Notes: generated from the sequence alone by a model not told the origin. A DNA stretch of 64,000 nucleotides from an uncultured Planctomycetales bacterium (GCA_964427405.1 CAYRUB010000009.1:5129-69128), one strand, 5' to 3'. Positions 19,846-29,611 are shown, counted from the stretch's first letter. Numbers and translations: made by a program.

Positions 19846-20495
19846 GCGCCAGTAGGGTATTAAAAACTATAAAATTAATCAAAGAGCAGATTAAAGATTA
19901 CATAGTTCCTTCGGTTACCCAGATCTCCGCTAAAGGTGATGCTTATCAGGTTTTAATCTCCTGCATACTTTCCCTGCGCACAAAAGACAAGACTACGATT
20001 GCGGCCAGCCAGAGATTGTTTAAGGTTGCGGATAAGCCCGGGAGTATGCTAAAATTAACTGTTGCCAGGATCCAGAAATTAATTTATCCGGTAGGTTTTT
20101 ATCGCAATAAAAGCAGGGTTATTCTGGGGTTGAGCAGAAAGTTATTAGAAGATTACTCCGGAAAAGTACCAAACTGTCTGGATGCGCTTTTAGATTTAAA
20201 GGGCGTAGGCAGAAAGACGGCAAATCTGGTTTTAGGTTTAGGTTTTGGTGTGCCTGCAATCTGCGTAGATACTCATGTGCATAGGATTTCAAACCGGCTG
20301 GGCTGGGTAAAAACGAGCAGTCCCGCCCAAACAGAGCTCGTTCTGGGGAAAATTATTCCCAGAGGCAAGTGGATTGAGTTGAATACTCTTCTGGTAACTT
20401 TTGGCCAGAATTTATGTTTTCCGGTTTCGCCATTTTGTAGCAAATGTAAAGTTTATAGGTTTTGTAAAAGAAGAGGCGTAGTTAAATCGCGTTAA
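19842..20495 (+). CDS. nth: Endonuclease III
   Basis: HhH motif [15 protein letters not shown], Fe-S motif C-x6-C-x2-C-x5-C. Confidence 0.95.
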   Translation: MSASRVLKTIKLIKEQIKDYIVPSVTQISAKGDAYQVLISCILSLRTKDKTTIAASQRLFKVADKPGSMLKLTVARIQKLIYPVGFYRNKSRVILGLSRKLLEDYSGKVPNCLDALLDLKGVGRKTANLVLGLGFGVPAICVDTHVHRISNRLGWVKTSSPAQTELVLGKIIPRGKWIELNTLLVTFGQNLCFPVSPFCSKCKVYRFCKRRGVVKSR

Positions 20496-20512
20496 ACAGA
20501 CAAGGAGATAAA

Positions 20513-21886
20513 ATGCCTTTTAATAAGATTATTCTTGCTGAGAAAGATATCCCCAGGCAATGGTATAATTTAGCTGCGGATTTGCCCGGGCCGCTACAAC
20601 CTCCTTTAGGCCCGGATGGCCAGGCGCTTAAACCTGAGATGCTCGCTAAGGTTTTTCCGATGAATATAATTGAGCAGGAGGTTTCAACTAAGCGTTGGAT
20701 AGATATTCCCGAAGAAATATTAGAGATTTTGACTTTGTGGCGGCCTGCTCCGTTACGTCGAGCTCTGGCACTGGAAAAATACTTAAAAACACCGGCGCGT
20801 ATTTATTATAAAGATGAAAGTGTCAGCCCTGCCGGCAGCCATAAGCCGAATACCGCCGTAGCTCAGGCCTGGTATAATAAAAAATTCGGGATTAAGCGCT
20901 TAACTACGGAGACCGGCGCTGGACAGTGGGGTAGCGCTATTGCTTTTGCTTGTAATCTAATCGGCCTTGAATGTAAAGTTTATATGGTGCGCATCAGCTT
21001 TGATCAGAAACCAATGCGTAAGACGATGATGCAGGTTTGGGGGGCAAAGTGCGTGGCCAGTCCCAGCCATGATACGGCTGCCGGACGGGAGATTTTAAGG
21101 AAGATGCCGCATACTCCGGGAAGTTTGGGTATTGCTATCAGTGAGGCGGTAGAGGATGCGCTTTCCGATAAGAGCGGAAATTCGCGCTATTCTTTAGGCA
21201 GTGTTTTAAATCATGTTTTATTACATCAGACGATTATCGGGCTTGAAGCCAAGAAGCAATTAAAAATAGCCGGAGAAAGAGATCCGGATGTGGTTATTGG
21301 TTGCGTGGGAGGAGGAAGTAATTTCGCCGGGATTTCCTTTCCTTTTATCTGCGATAAAATCCACGGTAAAAAGATTGAGATTATTCCGGTTGAGCCTACA
21401 GCTTGTCCGACCTTGACCAAGGGGCCATTTACTTATGATTTCGGGGATACTGCCGGGCTTACTCCGTTGTTGGCCATGTATACTTTAGGGCATGATTTTG
21501 TGCCTGAGCCGATTCATGCCGGAGGCCTGCGTTATCATGGTATGGCGCCTTTAGTCAGTCAGGCAGCAGCGAAAGGCCTGATTAACCCGCGCTCATATGA
21601 CCAGATCAAGTGTTATGAGTCAGCAATGATCTGGGGGAAAACCGAAGGGACGATCTGCGCTCCTGAAACCAGCCATGCGATTGCCTGTGCCATTGATGAG
21701 GCCAAAAAAGCCAAGAAAGAAGGGAAGCAGAAAGTAATCCTATTCTGTTACAGCGGACATGGCCTGATGGATTTAGCTGGGTATGATAAGTTTTTATCCG
21801 GTAAGCTTACAAAATACGCGCTTCCGAAACATAAATTGCGCAAGTCTCTGGAATCTATTAAGGGGTTTCCTAAAATACGATGTTAA
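20513..21886 (+). CDS. trpB2: TrpB2 (tryptophan synthase beta-like, stand-alone)
   Basis: [36 protein letters not shown]; long N-terminal extension typical of TrpB2. Confidence 0.93.
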   Translation: MPFNKIILAEKDIPRQWYNLAADLPGPLQPPLGPDGQALKPEMLAKVFPMNIIEQEVSTKRWIDIPEEILEILTLWRPAPLRRALALEKYLKTPARIYYKDESVSPAGSHKPNTAVAQAWYNKKFGIKRLTTETGAGQWGSAIAFACNLIGLECKVYMVRISFDQKPMRKTMMQVWGAKCVASPSHDTAAGREILRKMPHTPGSLGIAISEAVEDALSDKSGNSRYSLGSVLNHVLLHQTIIGLEAKKQLKIAGERDPDVVIGCVGGGSNFAGISFPFICDKIHGKKIEIIPVEPTACPTLTKGPFTYDFGDTAGLTPLLAMYTLGHDFVPEPIHAGGLRYHGMAPLVSQAAAKGLINPRSYDQIKCYESAMIWGKTEGTICAPETSHAIACAIDEAKKAKKEGKQKVILFCYSGHGLMDLAGYDKFLSGKLTKYALPKHKLRKSLESIKGFPKIRC

Positions 21887-22590
21887 GAACTCGTTTAAAT
21901 ATTATTTTAACGGTATTGATCTTTTTAATTTTATTTAATCTTCCGCTGCGGGCAAATGCGGATACCATTTATTTGAAAAACGGCCGCAGTATTGAAGGGT
22001 TGATTAAAAAAGAAAATGCGGATGAAGTTGACCTGGAGATTAGTTTTGGTTCAATGAAATTTTCCAAGAAACAGATTGATCACATAGTCAAGTCTTCTCC
22101 TAAAGAGGCCGAGTTAACCCGGCAGGAATGGGCTGATGAAAAAATAAATGCGCAGGCAAGGGCCAAAGAGGCAGAGTTAATAAGAGAACATGAGCCGAAA
22201 CAGGTAAGCATGGATAAGCAAAGCGGGCACGTAGCGGTGATAACTACGCTGAATAAAAAGGTTAAAGCTAACCTTATTTTGGATACCGGCGCTTCTTTAA
22301 TAATATTGTCAAATAAAATAGCCAAAGATTTGGGGATAGATACTGATGCAAAGAGCGGTAAGCCGATAGAGTTGGTTTTGGCAGATGGCCGTAAAGCAGA
22401 GGCAAGGATGGTAATTTTAGAGAGCGTCAGCGTACAGGATTCCGAAGCTGAGAATATAGAGGCGGCGATCTTGCCTGAAAAAGAGGATGCCGATGTTCCC
22501 GGAGACGGATTGTTGGGTATGTCTTTCCTGAAGAAATTCAATTTTAAGATTGACCAGAAAAACGACACATTAATCTTGGAGAAATTGTAA
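21880..22590 (+). CDS. Exported retropepsin-like (clan AA) aspartyl protease
   Basis: Signal peptide, DTIYLKNG domain, LDTGAS catalytic motif, LLGMSFL. Confidence 0.9.
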   Translation: MLRTRLNIILTVLIFLILFNLPLRANADTIYLKNGRSIEGLIKKENADEVDLEISFGSMKFSKKQIDHIVKSSPKEAELTRQEWADEKINAQARAKEAELIREHEPKQVSMDKQSGHVAVITTLNKKVKANLILDTGASLIILSNKIAKDLGIDTDAKSGKPIELVLADGRKAEARMVILESVSVQDSEAENIEAAILPEKEDADVPGDGLLGMSFLKKFNFKIDQKNDTLILEKL

Positions 22591-23007
22591 ATGAAATCTT
22601 ACACAGATTACCTTTATTTTAATACCGCCGGAAAACAGGAGTTTATCAATATTACGGATCAGGTAGAAGAGTCTTTGCGCAAAAGCGAAATTAAAGAGGG
22701 GCTATGCCTGGTTAACCCCATGCATATTACTGCCAGTGTTTTTATCAATGATGATGAAGGCGGGCTGCATAAAGATTTTTCCATCTGGCTTGAGAAGCTG
22801 GCGCCGTTCGGGAAGGATAAGTATCAGCATAATTTAACCGGCGAAGACAACGGGGATGCGCATTTGAAACGTACGATTATGGGCAGAGAAGTGGTTGTGG
22901 CGGTTACCAAAGGCAAGCTGGATTTTGGGCCGTGGGAGCAGATATTTTATGGGGAGTTTGACGGGCAGCGTAAGAAGAGAGTATTAATAAAGATAATAGG
23001 TGAATAA
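22591..23007 (+). CDS. yjbQ: YjbQ/UPF0047 family protein
   Basis: [27 protein letters not shown]. Confidence 0.92.
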   Translation: MKSYTDYLYFNTAGKQEFINITDQVEESLRKSEIKEGLCLVNPMHITASVFINDDEGGLHKDFSIWLEKLAPFGKDKYQHNLTGEDNGDAHLKRTIMGREVVVAVTKGKLDFGPWEQIFYGEFDGQRKKRVLIKIIGE

Positions 23008-23014
23008 TTATTTT

Positions 23015-23174
23015 GCGTCTGCCTTGGTTTATTCTTCGTAGGGACGCTCGTTTTGCCCCAGCGTGGCAAAACTACGCTCGGGTCGGCTGGCGTCGCTCCC
23101 CGACAAAAATCATGTCGGGACCATGCCCGCTCCTGGCCTCCACGCCCTGCTCAGAATTAAACCAAGTCATACGT
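23015..23174. repeat. Structured 160-bp element, family C copy 1
   Basis: Aligns over its full length with 50023-50182 and more loosely with 26376-26541; nested inverted repeats. Confidence 0.92.
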
Positions 23175-23189
23175 TAAATAAGCAGGAGT

Positions 23190-24125
23190 ATGAATATGAA
23201 GATTAAGAATACGGAAATCAAAGTGGTATTGGGGGATATTACGGAGGTAAGGGCGGATGCGATTGTGAATGCTGCCAATAATAAACTTTTAATGGGCGGT
23301 GGCGTTGCCGGGGTGATTAAGAGAAAAGGCGGTAAAGTCATTGAGCAGGAGGCGCTCAAGAAAGGGCCGATAGAGATTGGAGCGGCGGTTGCCACTTCCG
23401 CCGGAGAGCTGGCGGCAAAATATGTAATTCACGCAGCGACAATGGGGATGGATTTTAAGACTGATGAAGTAAAAATCCGTGATGCTGCCAGGAATTCTTT
23501 GAAGTTAGCCGGGGAGTTAAAGATTAATTCTATTGTTTTTCCGGCTTTAGGCTGCGGCACGGGGGGTTTTCCGCTTTTGGCTTCCGCCAAGATCATGGCG
23601 CAGGAGGTGTTGAAACATCTGCGAGAGGAGAATACTTCTTTGGAAGAAATTACCTTCTGCCTTTACGATCAGGAGGCGTTTACGGTTTTTAATAAAGGTG
23701 TCTTAGGCTATTTGGAATATGTGACTACAAAGTTATCCGGCGGTCCATATGTTACGGTGGACGCGATTATTGAATTAGCCGAAGGAATTGTGATTATCAA
23801 GCGCAGTAACCCGCCTTTTGGTTGGGCGTTGCCGGGAGGATTTGTAGATTACGGAGAGAGCCTTGAAGATGCGGTAAAAAGAGAGGCGAAAGAAGAGACG
23901 AATTTGGATCTAACCGAAATAAAACAGTTTCATACTTATTCAAATCCGCAGCGCGATCCCAGATTCCATACTGTCGGAACGGTCTTTATTGCTAAAGCAA
24001 AAGGCAAGCCCAAGGCAGGAGATGATGCCGCAGGTTTAAAGGTTGTAAAACCCGCTGATTTGGGAAAACTGGATTTTGCCTTTGACCATAAGAAAATAAT
24101 TCAGGACTACCTGAATTCGAAATAA
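23190..24125 (+). CDS. Macro domain-Nudix hydrolase fusion
   Basis: Macro motifs GDIT, NAAN, GGGVA; Nudix box [24 protein letters not shown]; RDPR and AFDH. Confidence 0.93.
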   Translation: MNMKIKNTEIKVVLGDITEVRADAIVNAANNKLLMGGGVAGVIKRKGGKVIEQEALKKGPIEIGAAVATSAGELAAKYVIHAATMGMDFKTDEVKIRDAARNSLKLAGELKINSIVFPALGCGTGGFPLLASAKIMAQEVLKHLREENTSLEEITFCLYDQEAFTVFNKGVLGYLEYVTTKLSGGPYVTVDAIIELAEGIVIIKRSNPPFGWALPGGFVDYGESLEDAVKREAKEETNLDLTEIKQFHTYSNPQRDPRFHTVGTVFIAKAKGKPKAGDDAAGLKVVKPADLGKLDFAFDHKKIIQDYLNSK

Positions 24126-24430
24126 TGCCGGTATATTTTATTGTTGAAATAAAAACCAGGAATAAGAATAAAGACTTTTATGCTGAGTATATAAAGAAGG
24201 TCCGGTCTATAGTTGAGAAATACAATGGCCGGTATTTAGCCAGGGGTGGGAAAATCACTCCTGTTTTCGGCACCTGGAATCCCGAAAGGGTTATTATAAT
24301 TGAATTTCCTTTTGCAAGAGATGTGCGTAGATGGCTTGATTCTGCGGAATATAAGAAAATCGCAAGGTTGAGGGAGAAATCTACGGCTACTAAGGCAATT
24401 ATGGTAGAGGGTTGTGATAGTGATAAGTAA
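24125..24430 (+). CDS. DUF1330 family protein
   Basis: GRYLARGG, IIEFP, SAEY pattern. Confidence 0.88.
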   Translation: MPVYFIVEIKTRNKNKDFYAEYIKKVRSIVEKYNGRYLARGGKITPVFGTWNPERVIIIEFPFARDVRRWLDSAEYKKIARLREKSTATKAIMVEGCDSDK

Positions 24431-24439
24431 TTAGGCGGG

Positions 24440-26320
24440 TTATCCTTCGCGCAACTGTTTCTCGGCATCAACAATATCGCGGTTTATTACGCGGATAGTT
24501 TCTTTTATCTTGTCTTTAAGCAGGTAAGAGGCAATCGGCGCCTGCGAGATCTCCCTTAAAACCTGTACGCTCATCCTGAAATAACGCACTACCTCGCCTT
24601 CATCGCAATCAGTCATCTGTAAGGTTCGATCAAAGTTTGTCCCGCGCAGCCAGGCTTCCATGCTGGAGCACAAATGAAAATAGGGGAGTTTGCTAAAGGG
24701 GTAGATCTTATAGCGGCGTTCTTTATCTTTTATCCTGTCGTAGGTCTCTTCGCAGGTTCTTTTAAGCGTACGGGTGGATTTAGATATTCCCAGGGGCATG
24801 CGTTGATTTTTGCGCGGCTCAAAGACAACCGCGGAAGCTACAACCCCTAATTCAAATTCATCCAGTTGTTCAAGAATATTCTGATCATATAATTCAGCCA
24901 GCACTAATTCGTAACCATAGACGGTCTTGGCGAACTTGCCTTTTTCCGTAAGTTTACTCTCGTGGATATAGCCTAAATCTTTAAGCAGCCTTAGTTTTGC
25001 GTCCAGCAGGTTTAAGGCCTGTTTCTGTTCATTTTTATTCGATTGATAGTAATGCAGGGAGAGGGGGTAGATTTTAAACAAATCTTCCTGGTATTTTTCG
25101 TAAAGGTTAAGGATGGTGGCATACGATGTATTAAGCTGGCTTTTTACTTCTTCGGGTTTGCCGAAGATTATCCTGTTAACTTCTTCAAAATTTATCCTCT
25201 GCGGGTTAACCCGCGTATAAACAAATCCCTCTTTGTCTATACCGCGTCTTCCGGCGCGGCCAGCCATTTGATAAAAATCACGCGTTTTCAAATTACGCAC
25301 GTAAGTGCCATAAAACTTGCGCAGTCCGTCAAACATCACTGAACGGCTGGGCATGTTTATTCCTAAAGCAAAGGTTTCGGTAGTAAATATAACTTTAAGC
25401 AGGCGGCTGGTAAAGAGACGTTCAATTACTTCTTTTAATGTAGGCAACATCCCGGCGTGATGATAAGCAATGCCGCGTTGTACTAAGGGATAGAGGATTT
25501 GCGCTGACTGCTCGTGTTTTAAATTAAAACGTACCAGCAGGTCTTCATACAACTGGGTGATTGCGCGGGTTTCTTTAGCGTCCAGGAATTTAAATCCATA
25601 TAGATCCTGGGCTAATTCCTCTGCGCGTTTTCGGCTAAAGACAAAATATATCGCCGGCAATCCGTCATTTACGCGCAGGTAATCAATCAGTGAATTTAAC
25701 CTGTTGGGTTTACTGGAGCGCAGGCGCTTAAGGCGTTCAATTTTATCCACGACTTCATTTTGACACTGGAAGAGAAAATGCAAAGGTACGGGCCGATTTT
25801 CTTCAATCACTACTTTAATAGTTTTATTATGAATGGATTCAATCCAGCTGGCGAATTGTTTAATATTGGGGATAGTCGCGGAAAGTCCCAAAAGGTTCAT
25901 GTGTTTAGGGAGGAAGATCAAGGATTCCTCCCAGACTGTGCCGCGTTCAGGGTTGTCAATGTAATGGATCTCGTCAAAAATAATCCAGGAATATTTTTCC
26001 AGGGATTTGGGCTCATCCAAGAGTTTGTTGCGGAAAATTTCAGTAGTCATGATTAACACAGGGGCCTGAGGATTAATAGAAACGTCTCCGGTAAGAATTC
26101 CGATATTATCCTGGAATTGGCCTTGGAAGTCGCGGAACTTCTGATTAGACAGGGCTTTAATAGGTGCGGTGTAAATTACCCCTAGATTATTACGGATAGA
26201 GTTGCTGATAATGTATTCAGCGATTGCTGTTTTTCCTGCTCCTGTGGGAGCTGAAACTATTACGGAGTGGCCCTGGTTGATATAGTCAATTGCTTCCTGT
26301 TGAAACCTGTCATAAATCAT
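24440..26320 (-). CDS. Ski2/Mtr4/HelY-like SF2 helicase
   Basis: APTGAGKT, PIKALSNQK, DEIH, LSAT, HHAG, TETFALGINMP, QMAGRAGRRG; DSHCT-like C-terminus. Confidence 0.93.
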   Translation of the reverse strand: MIYDRFQQEAIDYINQGHSVIVSAPTGAGKTAIAEYIISNSIRNNLGVIYTAPIKALSNQKFRDFQGQFQDNIGILTGDVSINPQAPVLIMTTEIFRNKLLDEPKSLEKYSWIIFDEIHYIDNPERGTVWEESLIFLPKHMNLLGLSATIPNIKQFASWIESIHNKTIKVVIEENRPVPLHFLFQCQNEVVDKIERLKRLRSSKPNRLNSLIDYLRVNDGLPAIYFVFSRKRAEELAQDLYGFKFLDAKETRAITQLYEDLLVRFNLKHEQSAQILYPLVQRGIAYHHAGMLPTLKEVIERLFTSRLLKVIFTTETFALGINMPSRSVMFDGLRKFYGTYVRNLKTRDFYQMAGRAGRRGIDKEGFVYTRVNPQRINFEEVNRIIFGKPEEVKSQLNTSYATILNLYEKYQEDLFKIYPLSLHYYQSNKNEQKQALNLLDAKLRLLKDLGYIHESKLTEKGKFAKTVYGYELVLAELYDQNILEQLDEFELGVVASAVVFEPRKNQRMPLGISKSTRTLKRTCEETYDRIKDKERRYKIYPFSKLPYFHLCSSMEAWLRGTNFDRTLQMTDCDEGEVVRYFRMSVQVLREISQAPIASYLLKDKIKETIRVINRDIVDAEKQLREG

Positions 26321-26327
26321 AATTTCT

Positions 26328-26355
26328 ATTATAAGCTAAAATGCCGTAACCGCAA
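26328..26355 (-). promoter_or_regulatory. Sigma70-type promoter, near-leaderless, for the helicase
   Basis: Minus strand TTGCGG-N16-TATAAT-N7-ATG; no SD. Confidence 0.55.
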
Positions 26356-26375
26356 TAAATAATCTCAGTATTCAT

Positions 26376-26541
26376 TAGCCGTCTGGCTTGGATTGTTTCT
26401 CGCAGGGACGCTCGTTTGCCCCGGCGTGGCAAACATCGCTCGGGTTTCGGCCTCGCTCTGCCAGGCTTCGTATTTAGCCGGGCAACCTTGCCCGCTCGGC
26501 CTGCAAACGCCCTGCTTAGAAACAATCCAAGCCATCCGCTA
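26376..26541. repeat. Structured element, family C copy 2 (diverged)
   Basis: Shares cagggacgctcgttt.gccccggcgtggcaaa, gctcggg, tgcccgctc and acgccctgct. Perfect outer stem tggcttggattgtttct/agaaacaatccaagcca. Confidence 0.88.
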
Positions 26542-26600
26542 CTAATTATTAAGATTTTCGAGTCGAAAGCAAAAGCCGTAAATTTTATGGAGTACTTGAC

Positions 26601-26682
26601 AGCGGGTGACTGCCAAGACGAAGCCCTTGCCCGCGCGCAGGAAAACGAGCACGGGCGAGGTGGATTGGCAGGCAGGACCGCT
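26601..26682 (+). repeat. Palindromic element, family B
   Basis: gcgggtgactg...gaagcccttgc...gagcac..gcgaggtgg...ggcaggcaggacc, matching the reverse complement of 14401-14490. Confidence 0.85.
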
Positions 26683-26689
26683 AAAATCA

Positions 26690-26717
26690 TTGATTTATAC
26701 AATATTAATAATATAAT
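26690..26717 (+). promoter_or_regulatory. Sigma70-type promoter, leaderless, for the DUF3786 gene
   Basis: TTGATT-N16-TATAAT-N6-ATG; no SD. Confidence 0.55.
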
Positions 26718-26723
26718 AAAAAT

Positions 26724-27281
26724 ATGGGATATGAGGTGGCGCTTGATAAAGCGTGGGGGGATTTACTTAATCTTAACCCTAATCCTGCCAATAATTTATT
26801 AGTTAGATTCCTGGCGGATGAATATAGCGTAGATATCCGGGAAAGAAAAGTTTTTTCCTCTTCCTGTAATGTTCCGGCAAAGGATTTTGTCAGTATTTTG
26901 CTTTTGCATTATTTGGCGCAAAAATTAAAAGGATTGCCTGTTCCAAGCGGACGATGGCTTACCTTCAGGGAGTTTTCCGGGGTAGAGGGTTATTATGAGG
27001 CTTTTCATAGGCGTTGTATTGAGCCGATAATCCGTAAATATGGCAAGAAGCCGGAAGCCTTAAAAGATATTTTAGGCAGGCTGCCGGCAAAGCTGTCGGA
27101 CGGCGCAGATGTCAGCTTGGTTATTGAGGCTTTTATAGATGTACCGGTGCTGATCAAATTGTGGAAGCAGGACGCCGAGTTTGAACCTGAGGCAAACATG
27201 TATTTTGATTCAAGCATAAAGAATGTTTTCTGTACCGAAGATATAGTGGTATTAGCCCAGATGGTTGCTTCTCAGCTATGA
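26724..27281 (+). CDS. DUF3786 family protein
   Basis: LLLHYL, WLTFRE..G..Y..AF, W..D.EF...AN..FD, EDI pattern. Confidence 0.85.
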   Translation: MGYEVALDKAWGDLLNLNPNPANNLLVRFLADEYSVDIRERKVFSSSCNVPAKDFVSILLLHYLAQKLKGLPVPSGRWLTFREFSGVEGYYEAFHRRCIEPIIRKYGKKPEALKDILGRLPAKLSDGADVSLVIEAFIDVPVLIKLWKQDAEFEPEANMYFDSSIKNVFCTEDIVVLAQMVASQL

Positions 27282-27859
27282 GAAAAACTAAAACCTTTCA
27301 GAAAAAATTAATTTTTTCCTTGGTTCTAGGGTTATTGGTTTTAGCAGGATATTTTTTTGGTGATAATTTAAGGCCGCGTTTTAATCCTAGGGAAGGTTTT
27401 AGCCGGAGTGTTCCTGTTGACAATAATTATGACTATAATAATATTCTGGTGACAAGAGTGGTTGATGGGGATACGTTAAAATTGGAAAACGGAGAATACC
27501 TGCGTTTGCTGGGTATTGATACTCCGGAGATACATGAGTCAGCTAAGCTTCATCGTGATGCCCAGCGCTCCGGCCAGAGCGTTGAGGCAATTAAACAATC
27601 GGGCAGGCAGTCTTATGAATTTACTAAGCAGATGGTCGAAAAAAAACGCGTTAGGCTGGAGTTTGATAAAGAAAGGCATGACCGATATCATAGGGTTTTA
27701 GCCTATGTTTATTTACCCGATGGAATATTTTTAAATGCTATAATTGTTGAAGAGGGCTATGCGTCGTTGATGACTTATCCGCCAAATGTGAAATACGCGG
27801 ATTTATTTTTAAAATTATACCAGCAGGCGCGCGAAAGTAAGCGCGGGCTCTGGAGATAG
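27278..27859 (+). CDS. Thermonuclease (SNase) family, membrane anchored
   Basis: RVVDGDT, RLLGIDTPE, DRYHRVLAYV, GLW. Confidence 0.93.
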   Translation: MRKTKTFQKKLIFSLVLGLLVLAGYFFGDNLRPRFNPREGFSRSVPVDNNYDYNNILVTRVVDGDTLKLENGEYLRLLGIDTPEIHESAKLHRDAQRSGQSVEAIKQSGRQSYEFTKQMVEKKRVRLEFDKERHDRYHRVLAYVYLPDGIFLNAIIVEEGYASLMTYPPNVKYADLFLKLYQQARESKRGLWR

Positions 27860-27872
27860 CAGGAGGAATACT

Positions 27873-28919
27873 ATGTTAAGATATTTAACCGCAGGTGAAT
27901 CGCATGGAAAGGCAATTGTGGCTATTCTGGAGGGTTTTCCCGCCGGCCTTAGGGTGGATGTAAACAGGATAAACAAAGAGTTAAAACGCAGGCAGTCCGG
28001 GTTTGGACGGGGCAGGCGGATGCAAATAGAAAATGACCGGGTAGAGGTAACCTCCGGTTTAAAGAATAACTTTACTATTGGCAGCCCGATTACGCTATTG
28101 ATAAAAAATAAAGACGCAAGTATTGAAAGCCTGCATAAGGTTATGGCTGCCCGGCCTGGCCATGCGGATTTAGCCGGCCTGCTGAAATATGGTTTTACGG
28201 ATATACGGGAGGTTTTGGAGCGTGCATCAGCGCGCAGCACAGCGGCTACAGTCAGCTTAGGCGCTCTATGTAAGGAGCTTTTGAATGAATTCGGTATAAC
28301 TATTACCAGCAGGGTTTTATCAGTAGGAGGCGAGTCTACTGTTCAGGGGATAACTGCGAAGATAGCCGAGGCGATTAAACAAAAGGATACGGTAGGAGGG
28401 GTTTTTGAGGTGGTTGCCAAGAAAGTCCCCGTGGGCCTGGGTAGTTATGTGCAGGCTGACCGCAGGTTGGACAGCCGTTTGGCCGGCGCTATTATATCTA
28501 TTCCGGGAATTAAGTCCTTTGAGATTGGGCTGGGTTTAGGTTATGCGGTTAGTTTTGGTTCCGAGGTGCACGATGCGATTTATTACAATAAAGATAAAGG
28601 GTATTGCCGGCGGAGTAATAATGCCGGCGGCATTGAGGGCGGGATATCTAACGGACAGGAGATTATTTTACGCGCCTGCATGAAACCGATCGCCACATTA
28701 ATGAATCCGCTTGATTCGGTAAATATCCACACCAAAAAACCCGCTAAGGCCGCGATTGAGCGTTCGGATGTGTGTGTGGTAGAATCTGCCGGCGTAGTGG
28801 CTGAGTCAGCATGTGCGCTTGTCTTAGCTGATGCATTTCTTGAAAAATTCGGGTCGGATTCCTTAAGCGATATCAAGAAAACTTACGCTAATTACAGGGA
28901 CAGGATAGCTCATGCCTAA
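27873..28919 (+). CDS. aroC: Chorismate synthase
   Basis: TAGESHG, RPGHAD, ERASAR, NNAGGIEGG, MKPI, ERSD. Confidence 0.97.
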   Translation: MLRYLTAGESHGKAIVAILEGFPAGLRVDVNRINKELKRRQSGFGRGRRMQIENDRVEVTSGLKNNFTIGSPITLLIKNKDASIESLHKVMAARPGHADLAGLLKYGFTDIREVLERASARSTAATVSLGALCKELLNEFGITITSRVLSVGGESTVQGITAKIAEAIKQKDTVGGVFEVVAKKVPVGLGSYVQADRRLDSRLAGAIISIPGIKSFEIGLGLGYAVSFGSEVHDAIYYNKDKGYCRRSNNAGGIEGGISNGQEIILRACMKPIATLMNPLDSVNIHTKKPAKAAIERSDVCVVESAGVVAESACALVLADAFLEKFGSDSLSDIKKTYANYRDRIAHA

Positions 28920-29199
28920 TTTTAATTATTATCACATAGAGATTAAAAAATCCGAGAATACCAAAGAAGTAGTTGTAAAGGGTGAAGTTATTAATAATAC
29001 TGAAAAGTCTTATTCTACCGTGGCAGTGCGTATTATACTTTATATGAAAAGCATTTCAGTAGCTAATGTGGTATTTACTATCAACGGCCTTTCTGCCGGT
29101 TCTGTTAAAGCATTTGAGAAGACAATTGAAGAGCTGGATTATACGGAGGTAGGCAAGAGCATTAACCGTTACGATATCTATACTGAGACAGCATTTTGA
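28912..29199 (+). CDS. Hypothetical Ig-like (FxLYD-type) small protein
   Basis: GEVINN...ILY pattern; overlaps the end of aroC. Confidence 0.65.
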   Translation: MPNFNYYHIEIKKSENTKEVVVKGEVINNTEKSYSTVAVRIILYMKSISVANVVFTINGLSAGSVKAFEKTIEELDYTEVGKSINRYDIYTETAF

Positions 29200-29230
29200 T
29201 TTTTTAAGAAAAATATAGAGTTAGATAATT

Positions 29231-29265
29231 TCACTCCTTTCGTCTATTGCCGCAGAAAGGGGTGA
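29231..29265 (+). promoter_or_regulatory. Hairpin sequestering the spoVG Shine-Dalgarno
   Basis: tcactcctttc pairs with gaaaggggtga (11 bp, one G-U), ending 5 nt before the ATG. Confidence 0.6.
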
Positions 29266-29270
29266 TTAAG

Positions 29271-29522
29271 ATGGAGAATGTAATAAGCGTCAGCCGTGTC
29301 TGTAAGTTAGACAGCGATTCAAAACTTAAGGCCTTTGTTGATGTTTCAATCTCGGGGATTGTAGTTAAGGGCTTTAGCGTAGTAAACGGCAGCAAGGGTT
29401 TATTTGTGAGTATGCCGCGCCATCAAGGTAAAGATGGAAAATGGTATAACACAGTTTATCCTGCTACTAAGGAATTGAAGCAGCAGTTAAGCGAAGCGGT
29501 ATTAGAAGCATACAATAGCTAG
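29271..29522 (+). CDS. spoVG: SpoVG family nucleic-acid-binding protein
   Basis: Start reassigned to ATG 29271. LKAFVDV, GLFVSMP, VYP. Confidence 0.9.
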   Translation: MENVISVSRVCKLDSDSKLKAFVDVSISGIVVKGFSVVNGSKGLFVSMPRHQGKDGKWYNTVYPATKELKQQLSEAVLEAYNS

Positions 29523-29530
29523 TTAACTAA

Positions 29531-29602
29531 GGGACGGTTCTTAAGTCAAAGCAAAAGTGTCCCCAGTGGGGGACAGTTTAGCTTTAGTTTTAGAACCGTC
29601 CC
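29531..29602. repeat. Nested REP-like palindrome
   Basis: gggacggttct/agaaccgtccc outer stem, aaagc/gcttt middle stem, tgtcccc/ggggaca inner stem. Confidence 0.8.
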
Positions 29603-29611
29603 GACATAAAA

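Noticed and set aside
26550-26587. Weak hairpin sharing agtc(g)aaagcaaaag with 29544-29556
   Set aside because: AT-rich and short; could be chance.
26310-26802. ORFs 26310-26702(-) and 26416-26802(+), also 33098-33397, 50074-50370 and 14373-14582
   Set aside because: They run through GC-rich palindromic repeats that lack stop codons, have Arg/Ala/Pro-rich composition and no RBS; they are likely shadow ORFs.
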